Part shown: positions 14,090-27,694 of the stretch, in pieces
Position numbering within the stretch: position 1 is the first letter of the stretch
Layout: every line of letters starts with the position of its first letter
DNA from: Octopus vulgaris
Lineage: Eukaryota
DNA length: 64,000 bases
Reading direction: 5' to 3'
Assembly: GCA_951406725.2 (NCBI GenBank)
Contig: OX597828.1
Coordinates: forward strand, 5,270,001-5,334,000
Notes under the pieces: model-generated
Database searches by the model: none
Told to the model about the DNA's origin: nothing
What the model saw: only the letters and a program-made list of their open reading frames with translations
Made by a program: the position numbers and the translations under genes

Positions 14090-14932
14090 ATTCGAGGGTG
14101 ATCCCAGAAAATCAATGCTGGTCATTGCCATCGAACTTAATGTGTTGGAGTGGGATGTGGTACTCGAGGAAACTCCATAGAAGTAGTTGGCACTGGACAG
14201 AGGCCAATTGATGAGTGCAAAAATACAGAGAACCGTTGATCCGTTCTAAACATAAAATCCTTCACGAACGTGGCATTCTTTGTTTCTTCTCTGATGAGAA
14301 GAACCTCGACCAAGACCACAAATCTAACAGGAAAAATGATCGATGGCTATGTGATGCACACTAAGTTTCCAATAGTTGCGTTGGTTGTAGAAGTGATGTG
14401 TAACGACGGTAATGCTATGCTATCACACGTGTTTCCACAGCGTCTTAGAATTGATAATGCTGGATAGGCTGAGGTGCTGGAGACACCCTGGGTATATGAA
14501 TGTACACAGTTGAAGGCTATATTTCAACAATACTCAGTACATTTTCATAAAGTACAAGTGACGTAAGAATATATGTCAATATTTACGAACACGAAACACG
14601 TAGCTGTGGCCTCCAAGCTCACCAAATTTAAATCCCATGACCCACTTACATTGAAGCGTTGTTGCAAGGCGTAGTATTCGACATCCTTACAATAACACTG
14701 CTTCACTGAATGACGCCATTATCCAGGTGATATGAGAAATAATAACGACTTTTAGTGTAGACAATCCAACGATTCCGGTCCGGCATTGAAGCAGTCAGCC
14801 AAGCCGAAGGTGTATTTAAGAAAATTTACAGGTACATTGTGAACAAATTTGCATGAAAATGCAATTGTATTTGCTAGTTTAGATCTGTTTTATTAAAAAT
14901 CAAAGTATATCCCAAAATATCTCTCGCACCAG
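14090..14932 (+). mobile_element. Second maT/DD37D-like transposase remnant
   Basis: DPRKSM.., FF.SDEKN, MHTKFP..V..VMCNDGNAMLSHVFPQRLRI, IFQQYS..HK, WPPSSPNLNPM and RFRSGIEAV; ends ...ctcgcaccagta. Confidence 0.8.
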
Positions 14933-14985
14933 TATATGGACTTATACGTGTGTTTGTGTGTGAGTATGTATGTGTGTTTGTATGT

Positions 14986-15043
<58 letters not shown>

Positions 15044-16074
15044 TCATTTATGTAAGACTAACAAGAAATAGCACATATTGTACCTACTTCCTCAGTATTT
15101 ATATATTTCATGGGTTCTTTCGACAAAGAAATCTTATACCATTTGAAAATACAAACCTCTACATCCTTCTTAACTGCAGAAAGGGTTGAGAGGTAAAAGA
15201 AATCGAGAGAGAACGAAAAAAAAAAAAAAATGAACTGAGTGAAAAAATGTGTAGGGCTGTATGTATATGTATATCCTCTATATTTCGATACCAAATCTTG
15301 TTAACATATTTCTTCTGTGTTGAATATTAGTTCCCCAACTTTTAATATAGAAGCTATGATCAATAATTTACAATAGGGTAGAATGACTTGTAATACATCA
15401 TGTTATTAGCATGTTGCAATTCGTCAGGTTAATTTTTCGTTGAATATGACCTTGTTATTGAAGGAGAACTGATTGATTATATATGAGAAAATGCAAATTT
15501 CTTCGTCGAAGATTTATGAAAAGTTTTATTTATATCAAAATAATTTGAATTTACAAACGTGATCACTGTGAAATGTATTAGATGGCTTGAACCCTTATGC
15601 AAGGCATTTAGATATTGTCATTTGAATAAGGATGAAATGAAAAATGAGAGCATTAGTGAAGTGGAGAGAAAATGATTAATTAGACTGAAGTCATCAGATA
15701 TGATACGTGATTTATCGTATGTGTGAAGTGGACAGCGAATATGTATGTGTTTCTGAGCGGTAATCTGTATGATGTGAGCGATTAGCTAATTGATGGATTC
15801 TCTATTGTGAACTGATTTCAACAGGATCGTTATTAGATGGCAGCATACTTAAAATGGGATCTTAGAAAGTAGAAATTAAATTAACACAGCCCGAAAGGAA
15901 AGACTAATAGACGAATTAAAGAAATTCTGTCGGAACATAAATTTCACTTCCATCAGTAGCATTTAATACGATTGTCGAATTTGCTGGTGGGAAATGTCGC
16001 TTCCTTTCCACGCTTACGATTCATTTTAACTATAAAGGAAAATCAAAATAAAGAAGTTCAAAAAGATAATTGCG

Positions 16075-16160
<86 letters not shown>

Positions 16161-17001
16161 TATAAGGACAGCATTCATGGCGAACAAACTAATACAAAGA
16201 TAAAGTGTTGTAACATATAAATGAGCCATTTGAAAGCACGTCTGCATGTATGAACATTAATATCTGTATAGGCCGGGATAAAGGCAATGTAAAATGTATT
16301 GATTAGATTGTTTCTAAAAGAGGACTTGTTCGATCGATTTGCTGAGTGTCTGAATATCGATAAGTGTTTCGAAAGTGCAGCGTTAGATTGGTGATGAATA
16401 TTCCATATTTCTGTCTGGCAAGTAATCTTTTAAAAAGAGAAATGCTGCTTCGAATTGGAAGGAAGACTATGTATATTCTTGAGAGGAAACTAAATTTCCT
16501 GGAGCAATACTTGGCAGTATTGATGATATAAGGTTGCGAAAATAGGCTGGAAGTAGTCGAAAAAGAGAGTTATTTCCAAACGCAATTCTATTAAGAATCG
16601 AAAATATTATCCAAACAACTTAGTGGAATTCAAGGACCATACATGCTTGTGCGCATGTCCAGAAAATCACACACATTCCATATTTATATGTATATATGTA
16701 TTTACACTCACACACCTATAACACACACAATACACACACATACACACACGCACGTACACGTGCGTTTATATATGTATATGTATATATATATGTGCATATA
16801 TATGTATATATATAAAGTGGTTAACTCTAGTGCTAGAGTTAACCACTTAACGGTAACTCTCTTATATTTACGTATAAATTTGTATTGTCTCCCTGGTATT
16901 TTATGTGCTAGGCCACTTGGTGTTAAACTGATGGTATTATTAAATTAATATCTAATTTTTCACCCTCATTTATGAGTATATATATATATACTCATTTATG
17001 A

Positions 17002-17050
<49 letters not shown>

Positions 17051-17799
17051 TTATATACACACGTTCATAATTATGTATGCATATGTATGTGCGCATTTGC
17101 GCATCTACGTGTGGATCCCTAGAACAGTAATTGCTGTCTCGAAAATCATTATAGACTGTGTTCTCAGTGATGGTGACCTAATATTATCATTATGTTTAGA
17201 TTATTAGATGTCTAATCGTTTTCATTTTTAGATCTGTCTCTCCCTCTCTCTCTATCACAGCTTGCAGCGTTGACTACTACAAACAATTGCTACCTTATAC
17301 TTACATTTGGAGATCGTTCCATTGGTCGGGTCATGCGGACACAAAAAAGTTAAACTTCCATTTTGCTATTCTTTAACTGTATTCTAATCAGAAATATATT
17401 TTGAAGGCACCTGAATTTGTTTAATAGCCTTTTCACTTTCTTGAAGTGAGGTGCAATTCATTTAAATAACTTTTGAAATATTGCCTCTGAGCAAATGCTC
17501 ATTGGAAGCTATAAGTTTTCCCACCTCAACTTGTAACACTACAATATCAACAACGTCGATGGTATCTGACAATACCTTACATTTCTTGATTAACTTACTC
17601 TTTCTTTGTTTTGAAAAAATAACATGTCCTTTGAATCTTTTATTTTGATATATAAGCAAATAAACAATTTAAATAGTTAACCCTCTAAAACTTTGATTTC
17701 TGCAGCACGCAAACTGTATGAAGCTAAATATTGATATATTTCGGGGACAATTTTGAATGCATCTCTTTCTAGGTTAGTTAAGTGAAATATATTTGTCAT

Positions 17800-18470
17800 T
17801 ATCTTCAATATTTATCATCACCTGGTCGAGGTTACGGGAGAATTTGTAACGCAGGCGCGCCATCCATCTCAGTCCTGTATTGGTTGAGGAACATCTTCGG
17901 ACAGGCATCCAGTAGCGCTGGTGTGTTGATCTACGTACGACGCTGTGTTCAGACGACTTGATCGCGTACGCCGGTGCTTTGGCGTCAATCGCAGTAGGTC
18001 ACTTGCTAGCTCTTATTTAACTAGACAGTAATGTACTGCAAACGACAAGCTGCTTTCTCTAATAGTGGTGGAAAAAGGCAGGGGATCTCTATGCACCTGT
18101 TTCTTGGTGGTACCACTTCTCCAAGATATGTTTCAGACAGATATTAATATTTGCGTGTAGGGCACATCTGGCCTGCCTTCTAGTTTTTCTGTAAATGTCT
18201 AGGCTGTTGCCCCATCGCATGGGAAAATTACATTTAAGGTTGTCTGGTCCAACCATGCTTTGGATGTCTGGGTTTTTAAACTCTTCTCAGTTGAGGCTGT
18301 CTCAGAAACGATATACGTAAAATAATCAAAATGATTGATGGGGTCTCTGTTGATATTGGTGAACGATTCTTGTTGATTAAGCAACGAAATCTGTTTTACA
18401 AGGACAAATAGATCGTCCAACATCATGTGTAGCTAATTCTAGACTATAAAGTAACTGGGTTGAATTTTAT
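17800..18470 (-). mobile_element. RTE-clade LINE 3' fragment
   Basis: The reverse strand reads NISWR...KKQ......STTIRE.SL.FAVH...ELASDLL...PKH..R.SR...YVDQ....TGC...D*DGWR.CV...STR*, the typical RTE C-terminus, followed by a short (TGA)n tail. Confidence 0.8.
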
Positions 18471-21400
18471 ATTGTCACAGAGCAAGGCTAAAACATTAGA
18501 ATAGTCTACATCAGTTAGAAAAAAAAAAAACATTCATTAATGACATGTCATTTTCAATTTTACCTTGCAAGTATTTGGACATGGAGTTGCAAAGAAGTTA
18601 TGAGTGTAGTTATAAAAAATACGTAGATTCTCTAAAATCACGTTGAATGTAGTAAATTCACATGTCATTCTGGTGTCTGTTAGCTTTGTGCATAACAACA
18701 CTTCATCAGTATTTATTTAATAATTAATTAGAGTGTAATTTGAGGATGATACACTTCATTTCGGTGCTAAATGAATTTGATTTACCAGTATTTAATTTGA
18801 ATATTTTGAAGTGATGCAAAAAATAAATAAAACATTTAGATTTAAAAAAAAACACCGAATGTAAGACAAACATAGCAAATACTTCAGATATATTTAACGG
18901 CTGATCTTGTATTAGTCTAAGAGCTGTGTTAACCTTAAATGATTAGAAATATTTTATAATTTTTTAAATCAAGAAATAACACTAAATGGTAGCATATGAA
19001 GCAGTCGTGTATAAATATTTCATATTAAATATTCAAACATTGAAAACTGATGTTAGCTTATCCACAATTATATCAGAGTTTAATGATTTACAACTAGCTG
19101 CAGGCATACACAAAGACTAGTTCCACAAAAGAAATTAGTTCAGCTGACCAGCAAATCAAATGCTAAACTAATTACAATATTGGCAAGGCTTATTCGCAGT
19201 ATATAGCGTTTGCAAAGTTGCTATAAACAAAAGTCGTACAAAGAGAAGGAAAAGGAATTAGTTTATGTACCACACAAATACACACAAACCTCCACAATGT
19301 GTGTGTGTGTGTGTGTGTGTGCATGTTGACAGGCTGTCTTATTGTCTAGCTGGCTGGCTGAGTGTATGACTATATGTGTGTTTGAATCTACCTATCAATC
19401 TGTCTATATATCTATCTTTCTCTCCTTCTATTTGTCAGATGGTATCAAAAGCGAATTTATTTAATCACGTGGTTTCCGTAGCGCTACGGCCGTTTCGCAA
19501 TCTTGTTCAAGTAGTATTAATTTCACTATGTAAGAATTATATCTACTGACCTCTGCTTTTCAAACATTGTAAATATAAAGAACGAATAGTTTGCTGTACA
19601 TTTAGTGTTGAACTCTTACTGTAAACCATGATGTTCTGATGATCTGATGAGCTAGCTTTCTTTGTATGCATTGATTTGTGAATATGCAATTGTATTACAA
19701 ATGACGAGCGATTCTCTGAATGTGTGCGTGTGTGTTGGGGAGGTGTTGGTTCGGTCGGTCTGTGTATGCACGCGCGTGTATATGTGTGCGTGTGTATGTG
19801 TTTGTGCCTAGAGTTAAAGAAACAGAAAAGGTACTCTATTAGATTTAAATTATGCAAACCACTCCAGGGACTAATATGTCGATGTTGATCGGTGCTTAGC
19901 AGGGATGAACGTCGACGTCTGCTTTCGTGAGGTGAATATTCACTATTCTTCTCTATTGCCGGCAGGATGACACTTTCCTAGTGTCAAGCCGCTGGATTGC
20001 ATTAATATTCTACATGGTGATGTTCAAACTGTAAGTCATTACAAGTACTGCATGAGTGTAATTAGCTTTCCTCCTGTTTAGCACAATCAGATCACGTTAT
20101 AAGTGACATGTACCTTCGCGTGTACTTATCTCGCTGCGTATGTTTCATGGCTAAGTCTACCATGGCCTTCTCTTTGTCCGCCATCCACTCTGATGTCGTC
20201 TCTTAAACGTGGCGATGGTGTATACACTGTTCTAATGATTGTATTCCTTGTTCGGATAGTTAGTCTGGGAATTGTTCCCATAGGATAGGTCGTTCATTGC
20301 ATGGTGATAGTGCAGGGTAGAAGTCATTTCAATGATCTCAATGATAGTAACCCATCTGTATGGTACATATTCAGATTGGTGTTTCAAGTTTCTATGATTT
20401 TAAAAAATTTTATTTCACACTTGCTGAGCAGACTCAGTGGAGAAATATGGCATGCTATCAGATGCTTTGTTAGGACGTTCTTTTTCTTGATTCGCTCTCT
20501 TTTTTATTACGGCTTTACTTGGAACGTTTATTCGCTTTCAATATTTGAGAGTCGCTTTGAAAAAATGTACAAAGAAAAGAAATTACAGATAATTTACCAC
20601 TGAAACACACATTCTCCACTACTGCATTTGCGCATGTTGTCTCAAAATCTATGTACGTATGCATCTATGTCTGTATGTAGTTATGTATGTATGTATGTAT
20701 GTATGTATGTATGTATGTATGTATGTATGTATGTATGTATGTATATATGTATGTATTATGTATGTATGTATGTATGTATGTATGTATGTATGTATGTATG
20801 TATGTATGTATGTATGTATGTATGTATATATGCTGACAACAGAGAATATGCACGCGAAAGTAGATGTGCTATGCCTGAAACTTTGATCGCCATTATAAAT
20901 ATAATAAAATGATGGATTCGGATCTTTATTCATTATAATCTTTTGATTCTGCTAGAGACAGTATTTCGTGGAATCTACAGATCTTACCGGAGATGAAACT
21001 GATGATAATCTTACACATTGTTGCTCTGCAGGCAATGCATCAATAATTACTCATTTTTTGCTACGCTCCTTTCTTTTGGTGGCTGGTTTGTGAGCCACAC
21101 TAGGGTCTTCTTTATATTATTGATGACTTGAGTGTGAGATCTTCCAGGAGGCTAGTCAGGACTTGATCCAGAAGTTAACTATCCATCTATCCATAAACAC
21201 CTCTAGACCTTAGTCATGCTTATAACTCAATGGTGTTAGCGATATTGATATCAGCTATTTAAAAAACAATTTATATGATTGCGTTGGCTTTGATGATGCC
21301 GGATATAAGTAATTGTTTCACTGTGTTTTTCTTATATTCTCCCTTACCTTATTCTAAAGTTCTTCTCGTCCACTAATAGCAGATAGTCCACTGACAGTTG

Positions 21401-22839
21401 TAGTATTATTCACAAGCTCAGAGAATTATTACGTTTTCTTTAAAAATGTTATTTAGCTAGAAGAGCTTGCTTTTGTGGAATATCCTGTGTCTCTGTCTAT
21501 GTTTTAATCTATTTGTTCAGGGTCTCTTTCTTTATTTAGGTATCATCTTTCTGTGTGATATTGACTTTTTCTTCTATTTGTTTCCTTTCTCCCAGTTTCA
21601 ATTCTGATTCAATGAAGCCTGAAACGATCACATACATGGCATGGGTGATTTCACCTTGTTCTTGATAATTATGATGACTAGACCAATTATTTGAGTGGCG
21701 TTTTCTTTGATCTGGCGACAATTAGTCATTGTTTCTTAAGCGGCTCTTTCAGAATTTCTCATACTCTTTAAGACAATTCTATCGTTTGCTTTCCTCTTGA
21801 AATCTACCTGAAAATTATTATTTTCATACAGTACAGGTTAATAATTTTAACGCTTTTAGAGGACCAATTGAGAACTGTTTGACATTACATGAATGTATAT
21901 ATCTTCGTGTACCTTGTACTCTTGTCTTTGCACGGCCATTATCTTTATTTCTTTATTTCTCTCTATTAAGGCTTAAACCACTTTCCAAATATATTTGCTA
22001 CTTGACATAGTAAGACAATAGTGTATGTGACTCCATTAGGTTGAAAACGATGCGATGTTTTCTACAATCATCCGAGATGCAACATGGGGTGCATCTAGTG
22101 GTGCAGTCTTCAGTACCCAAATTGTTTTTGATTACACTTGTTCCATTTACTGCAGCTCTGTAACTAAATGTTTAAAATTAAGTTCTTACTGTCAGAAATA
22201 AAATAGCTGAACTTCGATACAAATGATATAATTACCTTGAGATATAAGAATTTTGAGATCAATACTCATTCTAGCTAAGCACAGTCAATTTAACTAAACT
22301 CTGCTCACATTTCTATATTCACTTGGCCACAAAGATAACTATATCTCAGCGATTAATATCACAAGTAATGTCCTTGAATGTACCTACCTGTTTTCCCCAC
22401 GACTGTAGTTATGTCCATCGAATAATCTCGATGCTTAAATAAAAGTTTTAAATCATGGTAGCTTTCCTATTTTTCAAAAAATATTTCTAAAGTAGAAGAA
22501 TTTCACGAAAATATAAGTAATTAAAGAGGACAGGGAATATTTGGTAGCTGAAGAGAAATGTAATCTTGTAATTTAAGAGCAGAATAAAGTTCTAATTTCC
22601 AAGCAAATGTTATTATTGCTAATTAAATCAGATAACGTTCTTAGTTGCATTATATTTCATAAACCGCAAATGCAATGAAAGAAATTCTGTCAGCTTCATT
22701 GGTAAATTCAGTATAAAATTTTAACCCTTCTTTCTATAGCATGAAGGCCTCAGAATTTCCGTAAGTGAAGTAAAGTGAGTTTTAACGCAATTCGTAAATA
22801 TACAGTGTCTAGGTAAATGCTATTCTCATATATATTGTT

Positions 22840-22965
22840 TTCAAATTTTGGAACAAGGTCGGAATATCCGGGGTAGGTGATAAGTCGATTACTACGATGA
22901 CCAACTGATACTTATTTTATCGACTCCGCGGTATGAAAGACAAAGTAAGCCGTGGCGGAATTGTC
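22840..22965 (-). mobile_element. Partial tRNA-derived SINE (family B)
   Basis: aagtcgatt...gatacttattttatcgac...atgaaagacaaagt...ggcggaatt matches copies at 43965, 45185 and (inverted) 63308. Confidence 0.65.
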
Positions 22966-24407
22966 TCATATACTTTTAGGATAATCCTGTAATTTAAAAT
23001 ACTGGATGTAATCGCAAATATGAAAGATTTAAAAACAAAAACAGACGCAACAATAACTGAGCTAATATATGCTGTGACTTCAGAAATCGGTGTAGCCGTA
23101 GTATTGGATATTTTACAACTAAATGCAGTAGCAATCTGTTAAATTTTATCATTGGGGACACGTAATTGTTTTTATTTTGTGTTAGTAATAATGTATAGAA
23201 CACGTAAAATATTGTTCATTGTGAAATTATAATATCCAGTCTTAGAGAAAGGCAGCTGAAGAATGATAGGTCCAAATATATAAATCATAAACAAAATAGA
23301 TTAGAGAGACATACTTTTATATAAAATTTTAAAATTCGCTTTAAATTCTACAACAATGTTTTACGTGCAATGCTTCCTATATATCAATAGGAATTACTGT
23401 ATCTCCAGTTGCATCGAAAATATATGGCGATACATTGGCTGAAAATTATACTTTCAGTCTGTCAAAAACCTCCTGCTAACAGAGTGGTATTTGAACACCA
23501 TTAGAATAATAAAATAAAACAACAACATGTGTTCCTATCAGCTCATTCCAGTAATTATGTCATTAAAAACCAATATCCAGGCTGGTTCTCGCACCATCTG
23601 GAGTCACTCCAAATGGAGACTGGTTATAAAAATGTCATCGAAAGAGTTTAGAAATTTCATGTGACAATCCTGCTGAAGAACATGTTATAATTAAAATGAC
23701 TAATTTTTTTTATTTTCTCAAGAGGATATTCCATAATGTAAAAGAGAAATAGAACTAAACTAAAAACCGTCAATGTCTTCCAACGTGTAATTTCTACTCG
23801 TCTAATTTTTTTTTTTTTTTTTGCTGTTGAATAAATTCTATTGCGGCTCTTTTGTAACGATACACGAAACAGCTGAATGGAATTGTCTATTCGGAATTCC
23901 TAGCATTTCTGCATTTTCTTGTTAATGTAACAGAAAAAAAGAAGGTTTAAAAAGGTTTTCCTAAGTGGACATTTTGAGGTACATGACAGGAAAAAAGCGG
24001 ACAAATGAAATGGCATTTGCAAATAAGAAAATAGAAATAAATAACTATTGGCCGAGTTTTTAATCAATTTCAGGAAAGAAATATCTGCAATTATTGAAGC
24101 GTTCAAATTTCAGTGTGAATGCAAGTAAATTCATAGTGTAAAGTACAGAGAGTAAAAGGTGTGTTCGTGGGATCGGAGATTAATTTAGAGGAGGAATGTT
24201 TTTTTTGTGTATATTATGGACATAAATGCATTCAAAAAATAAAAAAAAAAGTAAAGAAGGGAGCTGACTTAAAGATAAGACGATAACTTTTTATGTTAGG
24301 CAACGGTGTCTCATACATTTGGTGATTTCTGAGAGGTTTTTTTCCCTTTTGAGCTTCAAATATATACATAAATATATAGATACTCACATATGCATACATA
24401 CACACAC

Positions 24408-24444
<37 letters not shown>

Positions 24445-24445
<1 letters not shown>

Positions 24446-24577
24446 TAGGTTGAGGAAAAAGATCGTGCGCCGTATTAAAATAATGCATTTTTAAATATAT
24501 TTTGTGGTGTATATGTTCATTTTTTGCGATGTGTGTGTTCGTTTTAACACGGCGCAGGAACTTTTCCCTCAACCTAG
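24445..24577. mobile_element. 133-bp mariner-derived MITE
   Basis: ~36-bp TIRs, ttaggttgaggaaaaagatcgtgcgccgtattaaaa / ttttaacacggcgcaggaacttttccctcaacctag, flanked by TA in (TA)n. Confidence 0.85.
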
Positions 24578-24589
24578 TATATATATATG

Positions 24590-24860
24590 AAGGAAGGTGG
24601 TTAGAGTATTACATTTACGATGACCAGATCGTAGGCTCAATACCCGAACTAGGCACGGCGAATTTTATTCGTGAGGAAACACTTGATTTTGCGTTAATCT
24701 GCCATAATTTCGACTTGTAACGTGTTGCATAATTGCAGATTTAATGGATGGAGGAACCTCATGTACAGCACTTACAATTCATCATAATAAACAAATAATT
24801 TGTGCAGGTCCCTCAGCTGAAGCTAGACTATCATAGGTCATCTTCGATGGGGGATTCCAT
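24590..24860 (+). mobile_element. Decayed tRNA-derived SINE
   Basis: ggtggttagagt...gatcgtaggctcaatacccg gives degenerate A/B boxes, followed by a body resembling the - strand copy at 61780-61925. Confidence 0.5.
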
Positions 24861-25350
24861 CCAGAATTCATGAATATATCTATGTACTGCGGAGCCCTGA
24901 AAAGGTGGATAAATGTTATCCTCAGATATGTCTATGATCTCTTGCTTTCGAATTAGAACCTAGAGAAGTAGAACAAATCAGATAACCCTGAGTGCCCACT
25001 CTGCCGGTGTAGACTGACAATGGATCGCTGCTGACCTCCTGCTAAGTAGCACTAGGCCAAAGACGATATATGTAGAATCGCAGTCAGTGCTTAAGGGGAT
25101 CAGGCACATGATAAGTACGGCAAAAGTGAAATCTAAAGCAACAGAATCTCAATCAACATTCTACATAACTGGGGGCAGCAATTCATGACGAGAAACAGCT
25201 ATGCCATACGAAGCACGGTAATGAAGTCTTCTGGGTGATTCGAATGACTGGGAGTGCTCAACGAAGTCACCCGAAAAAGTGACATGAGAGCGGATACATA
25301 CAAAATTCCAGTTCATCAGGGCAACTGATTTTGATTCAATTCAAGCTGCA

Positions 25351-25369
25351 TTAAATAATAATAATCATT

Positions 25370-25405
<36 letters not shown>

Positions 25406-25414
25406 AATAATAAT

Positions 25415-25474
<60 letters not shown>

Positions 25475-25530
25475 AATAATAATAATAATAATAGTAATAA
25501 TAACAATGATAATAATTATAATATTAATAG
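25351..25530. repeat. Compound (AAC)n/(AAT)n microsatellite
   Basis: Directly visible. Confidence 0.95.
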
Positions 25531-26059
25531 TCCCGGGCTAAATAACAACATGGACGTACACTAAGCAGCTCTCTCCACGAAACAAACCCAATCTAATAAC
25601 ATCGGTGCGGTGGAAGGAAATCTTTGCAATACATCTTGGGAAGAATTTCTGTTAAAGCAGCGGAACTAAAAAACCGCAAAGAGTTTTGTCATATAAAGGG
25701 TAGTTTCTTTCTTAAATGCCCGATATAGAATCCAGCAACAGGAAACCTGGAAAAAAACCCACTTACACAGTAACTATGGAATTTGAATAGTTACCTGTAC
25801 ATGCAACCGTCCATGTGTCCATGTACACATGTTTATATTTATGGGCCACAGAAATACTCCCTACATGACACACACGTAAACACACGGAAAATAAAAGGAA
25901 AACACGTGTCGCGAGCGACGCCGAACCAAGCACAAACACAAACATAAAAACACAAACATAAAAAAAAATGACTTCCCACAAATGAATAGAAAAAAAGGAG
26001 CAAATTAGTCACTCAGTTTAAAACAGCCAAAAAAAAAAAGGTGATTTTCTATCTTTCAG

Positions 26060-26860
26060 CTTACGATATAATAAATATATCCATTCGAAGAACAAGGAAG
26101 CATAGTCAGGTTAAAAAGTCATCTCTGACCAAACAGACTCGTCTCCTAATGTCACTGTCAATGCCTTAATGACAAGCCAAAACCCACGCCGGATCGTTCA
26201 TCAACCGCGACTATAAGGACTGCGTTACTCAGTGGGGCACAAGGGTGGGGTCGAAAAGTCTGCTGCTGGAACAAGCTCTCTAAAAAACGATTTACTAGGT
26301 AACCAGATCCAGGATAACACTAACGCTAGGTATGTAGTGACACCACCAAAAGCATCACACAAAGCAAAACGCATAAAATGGAATAGAGAGGATTTTAGTG
26401 GTGCGTTGAAAGCTTTCTATACAGCCCAACTAATCCCAAACATTAGCCTCAAAGTACCAACTTACGTTTCATAGAAAAATGCAGAAGGCAATAAAGTACG
26501 CAGCTATATAGATGCAAATAAACAAATTAATGTCCGTAGAGACATCATTAACTGACAGTGAAATTAGCCAAATTAGGACATAAATATCTCATGGTAGACC
26601 GAATGAAAACAGCAGCAAAGCAGATGAAATAGGTAACAGATGCACAGAACCCAGTGTAAGAGCAGTACATCCCAACGAGGAAGCTGAAAAAACAATAGAT
26701 ATGCGGAACAAGAGGAGAAAGAAGACCTACCTCAAGAACACCAGAATAGGTATGACACAGAATTTGAGGCGAATAATAGATATCATAGCAGCAGAAGAAG
26801 ATATGAGAGAACTCAGCAAGACTGAGTCTACTGACATAATCAATAGAGAACCACTGGCAA
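26060..26860 (+). mobile_element. Probable 5' ORF fragment of an R4/Dong-type non-LTR element
   Basis: KRIKWNRED....KAFY.A...Y..*...YIDANK..NVRRDII resembles the N-terminal region of R4/Dong ORFs. Confidence 0.5.
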
Positions 26861-26876
26861 ATCCTGTTTGTTGTTA

Positions 26877-26920
26877 ACACAACGTTTCGGCTGATATAAC
26901 CTCCAGTCTTCATCAGGTGT
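26877..26920 (-). ncRNA. Minimal type I hammerhead ribozyme motif (predicted dimer-cleaving)
   Basis: ACAC-CUGAUGA-A-GACUG(GAGGUUAUAU)CAGCC-GAAAC-GUU-GUGU. Stem I is ACAC/GUGU, the core is intact, stem II has one mismatch, and stem III is a loopless palindrome (AACGUU). Confidence 0.7.
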
Positions 26921-26981
26921 CTTGGAGAAATTACCAACCTGGGTTCTCATTCCTAAGGTATTTTTCGATGTTATTATTATT

Positions 26982-27043
26982 AATCGAACTCGGAATCTTG
27001 GGGTTAGTAGCCCGCGCTCTTAACCACTATGCCATATGTCCGT
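26982..27043 (-). promoter_or_regulatory. tRNA-like segment with Pol III A and B boxes; 3' truncated, not a functional tRNA
   Basis: ggacatatggcatagtggttaagagcgcgggctactaaccccaagattccgagttcgatt has A box TGGCATAGTGG and B box GAGTTCGATT, but no 3' acceptor strand. Confidence 0.75.
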
Positions 27044-27395
27044 GAGCATATGTAGAGTAAATTTTAGGGCTAATAAATCTAATATTTTCCTATCCTTCCT
27101 TAATACGGCTTCCCATATGCTATTCATATCTGCACTCTACTTACTTAGGAGGTTGTTATATCCTAGCATATGTGCTGCTTCTTTTAGTTTTCGTATATTC
27201 CAGTGGTGTTCTCTATCTATTATTTTAACTTCATCCCACAGGGGGAGGTGGTTTCCATACATGATCAGCTATATCCGATTTATCAATATCTCCATGTGTC
27301 ACAGCTTTGCGATGTTACTATACACTTATTTCCAGGGTGCGGCATGTTTCGCCTTTGTATAAATCCAGAATTCCAGGGTGCACGTCGGGTATAAC

Positions 27396-27694
27396 TTAAA
27401 GATTATTATAGAAGACGGTGTGTAAGAAAACATATTTATTTGCACAAGAAACGTTTCGGCTTCATGTTGCACTGCTCTCTAGTGGCCATGTAGCTTGAGC
27501 GATATCGAAATATACTTCTGTGAACTTATAAAAATATTAAACCCCCCTGAGAAGGCTCTTGTGCCTCTTGAGGCGGCATGTGATGTTATTGCATTGTTCC
27601 TCGCCCACTAAGGAGCAGAGAGGCATGAAACTGAAACAATTGTTGTGCCGATAAATGCCTTTTGTTACACTCCATCTTCTGTGTTAATTTTTAA
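27396..27694. repeat. ~300-bp element with ~95-bp imperfect inverted arms
   Basis: The left arm ttaaagattattatagaagacggtgtgtaa...gtttcggcttcatg...tgctctctagtggc aligns with the reverse complement of the right arm, ttaaaaattaacacagaagatggagtgtaa...gtttcagtttcatg...tgctccttagtgggc. Confidence 0.75.

Larger units (their letters stand above)
26866..27390 (-). mobile_element. Penelope-like element 3' end: GIY-YIG remnant, tRNA-like segment and hammerhead
   Basis: The reverse strand 27360->27075 reads YKGETCRTLEISV**HRKAV..GDIDKSDIADHVW../LWDEVKIIDREHHWNIRKLKEAAHMLG...IWEAVL, the C-terminal half of a PLE GIY-YIG endonuclease. Confidence 0.85.

Noticed and set aside
19860-21800. Possible very old - strand LINE debris
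   Set aside because: Only faint motif echoes; cannot be classified without alignment.
26982-27043. Possible tRNA gene
   Set aside because: The anticodon stem is imperfect, and the 3' T-stem/acceptor strand is missing.
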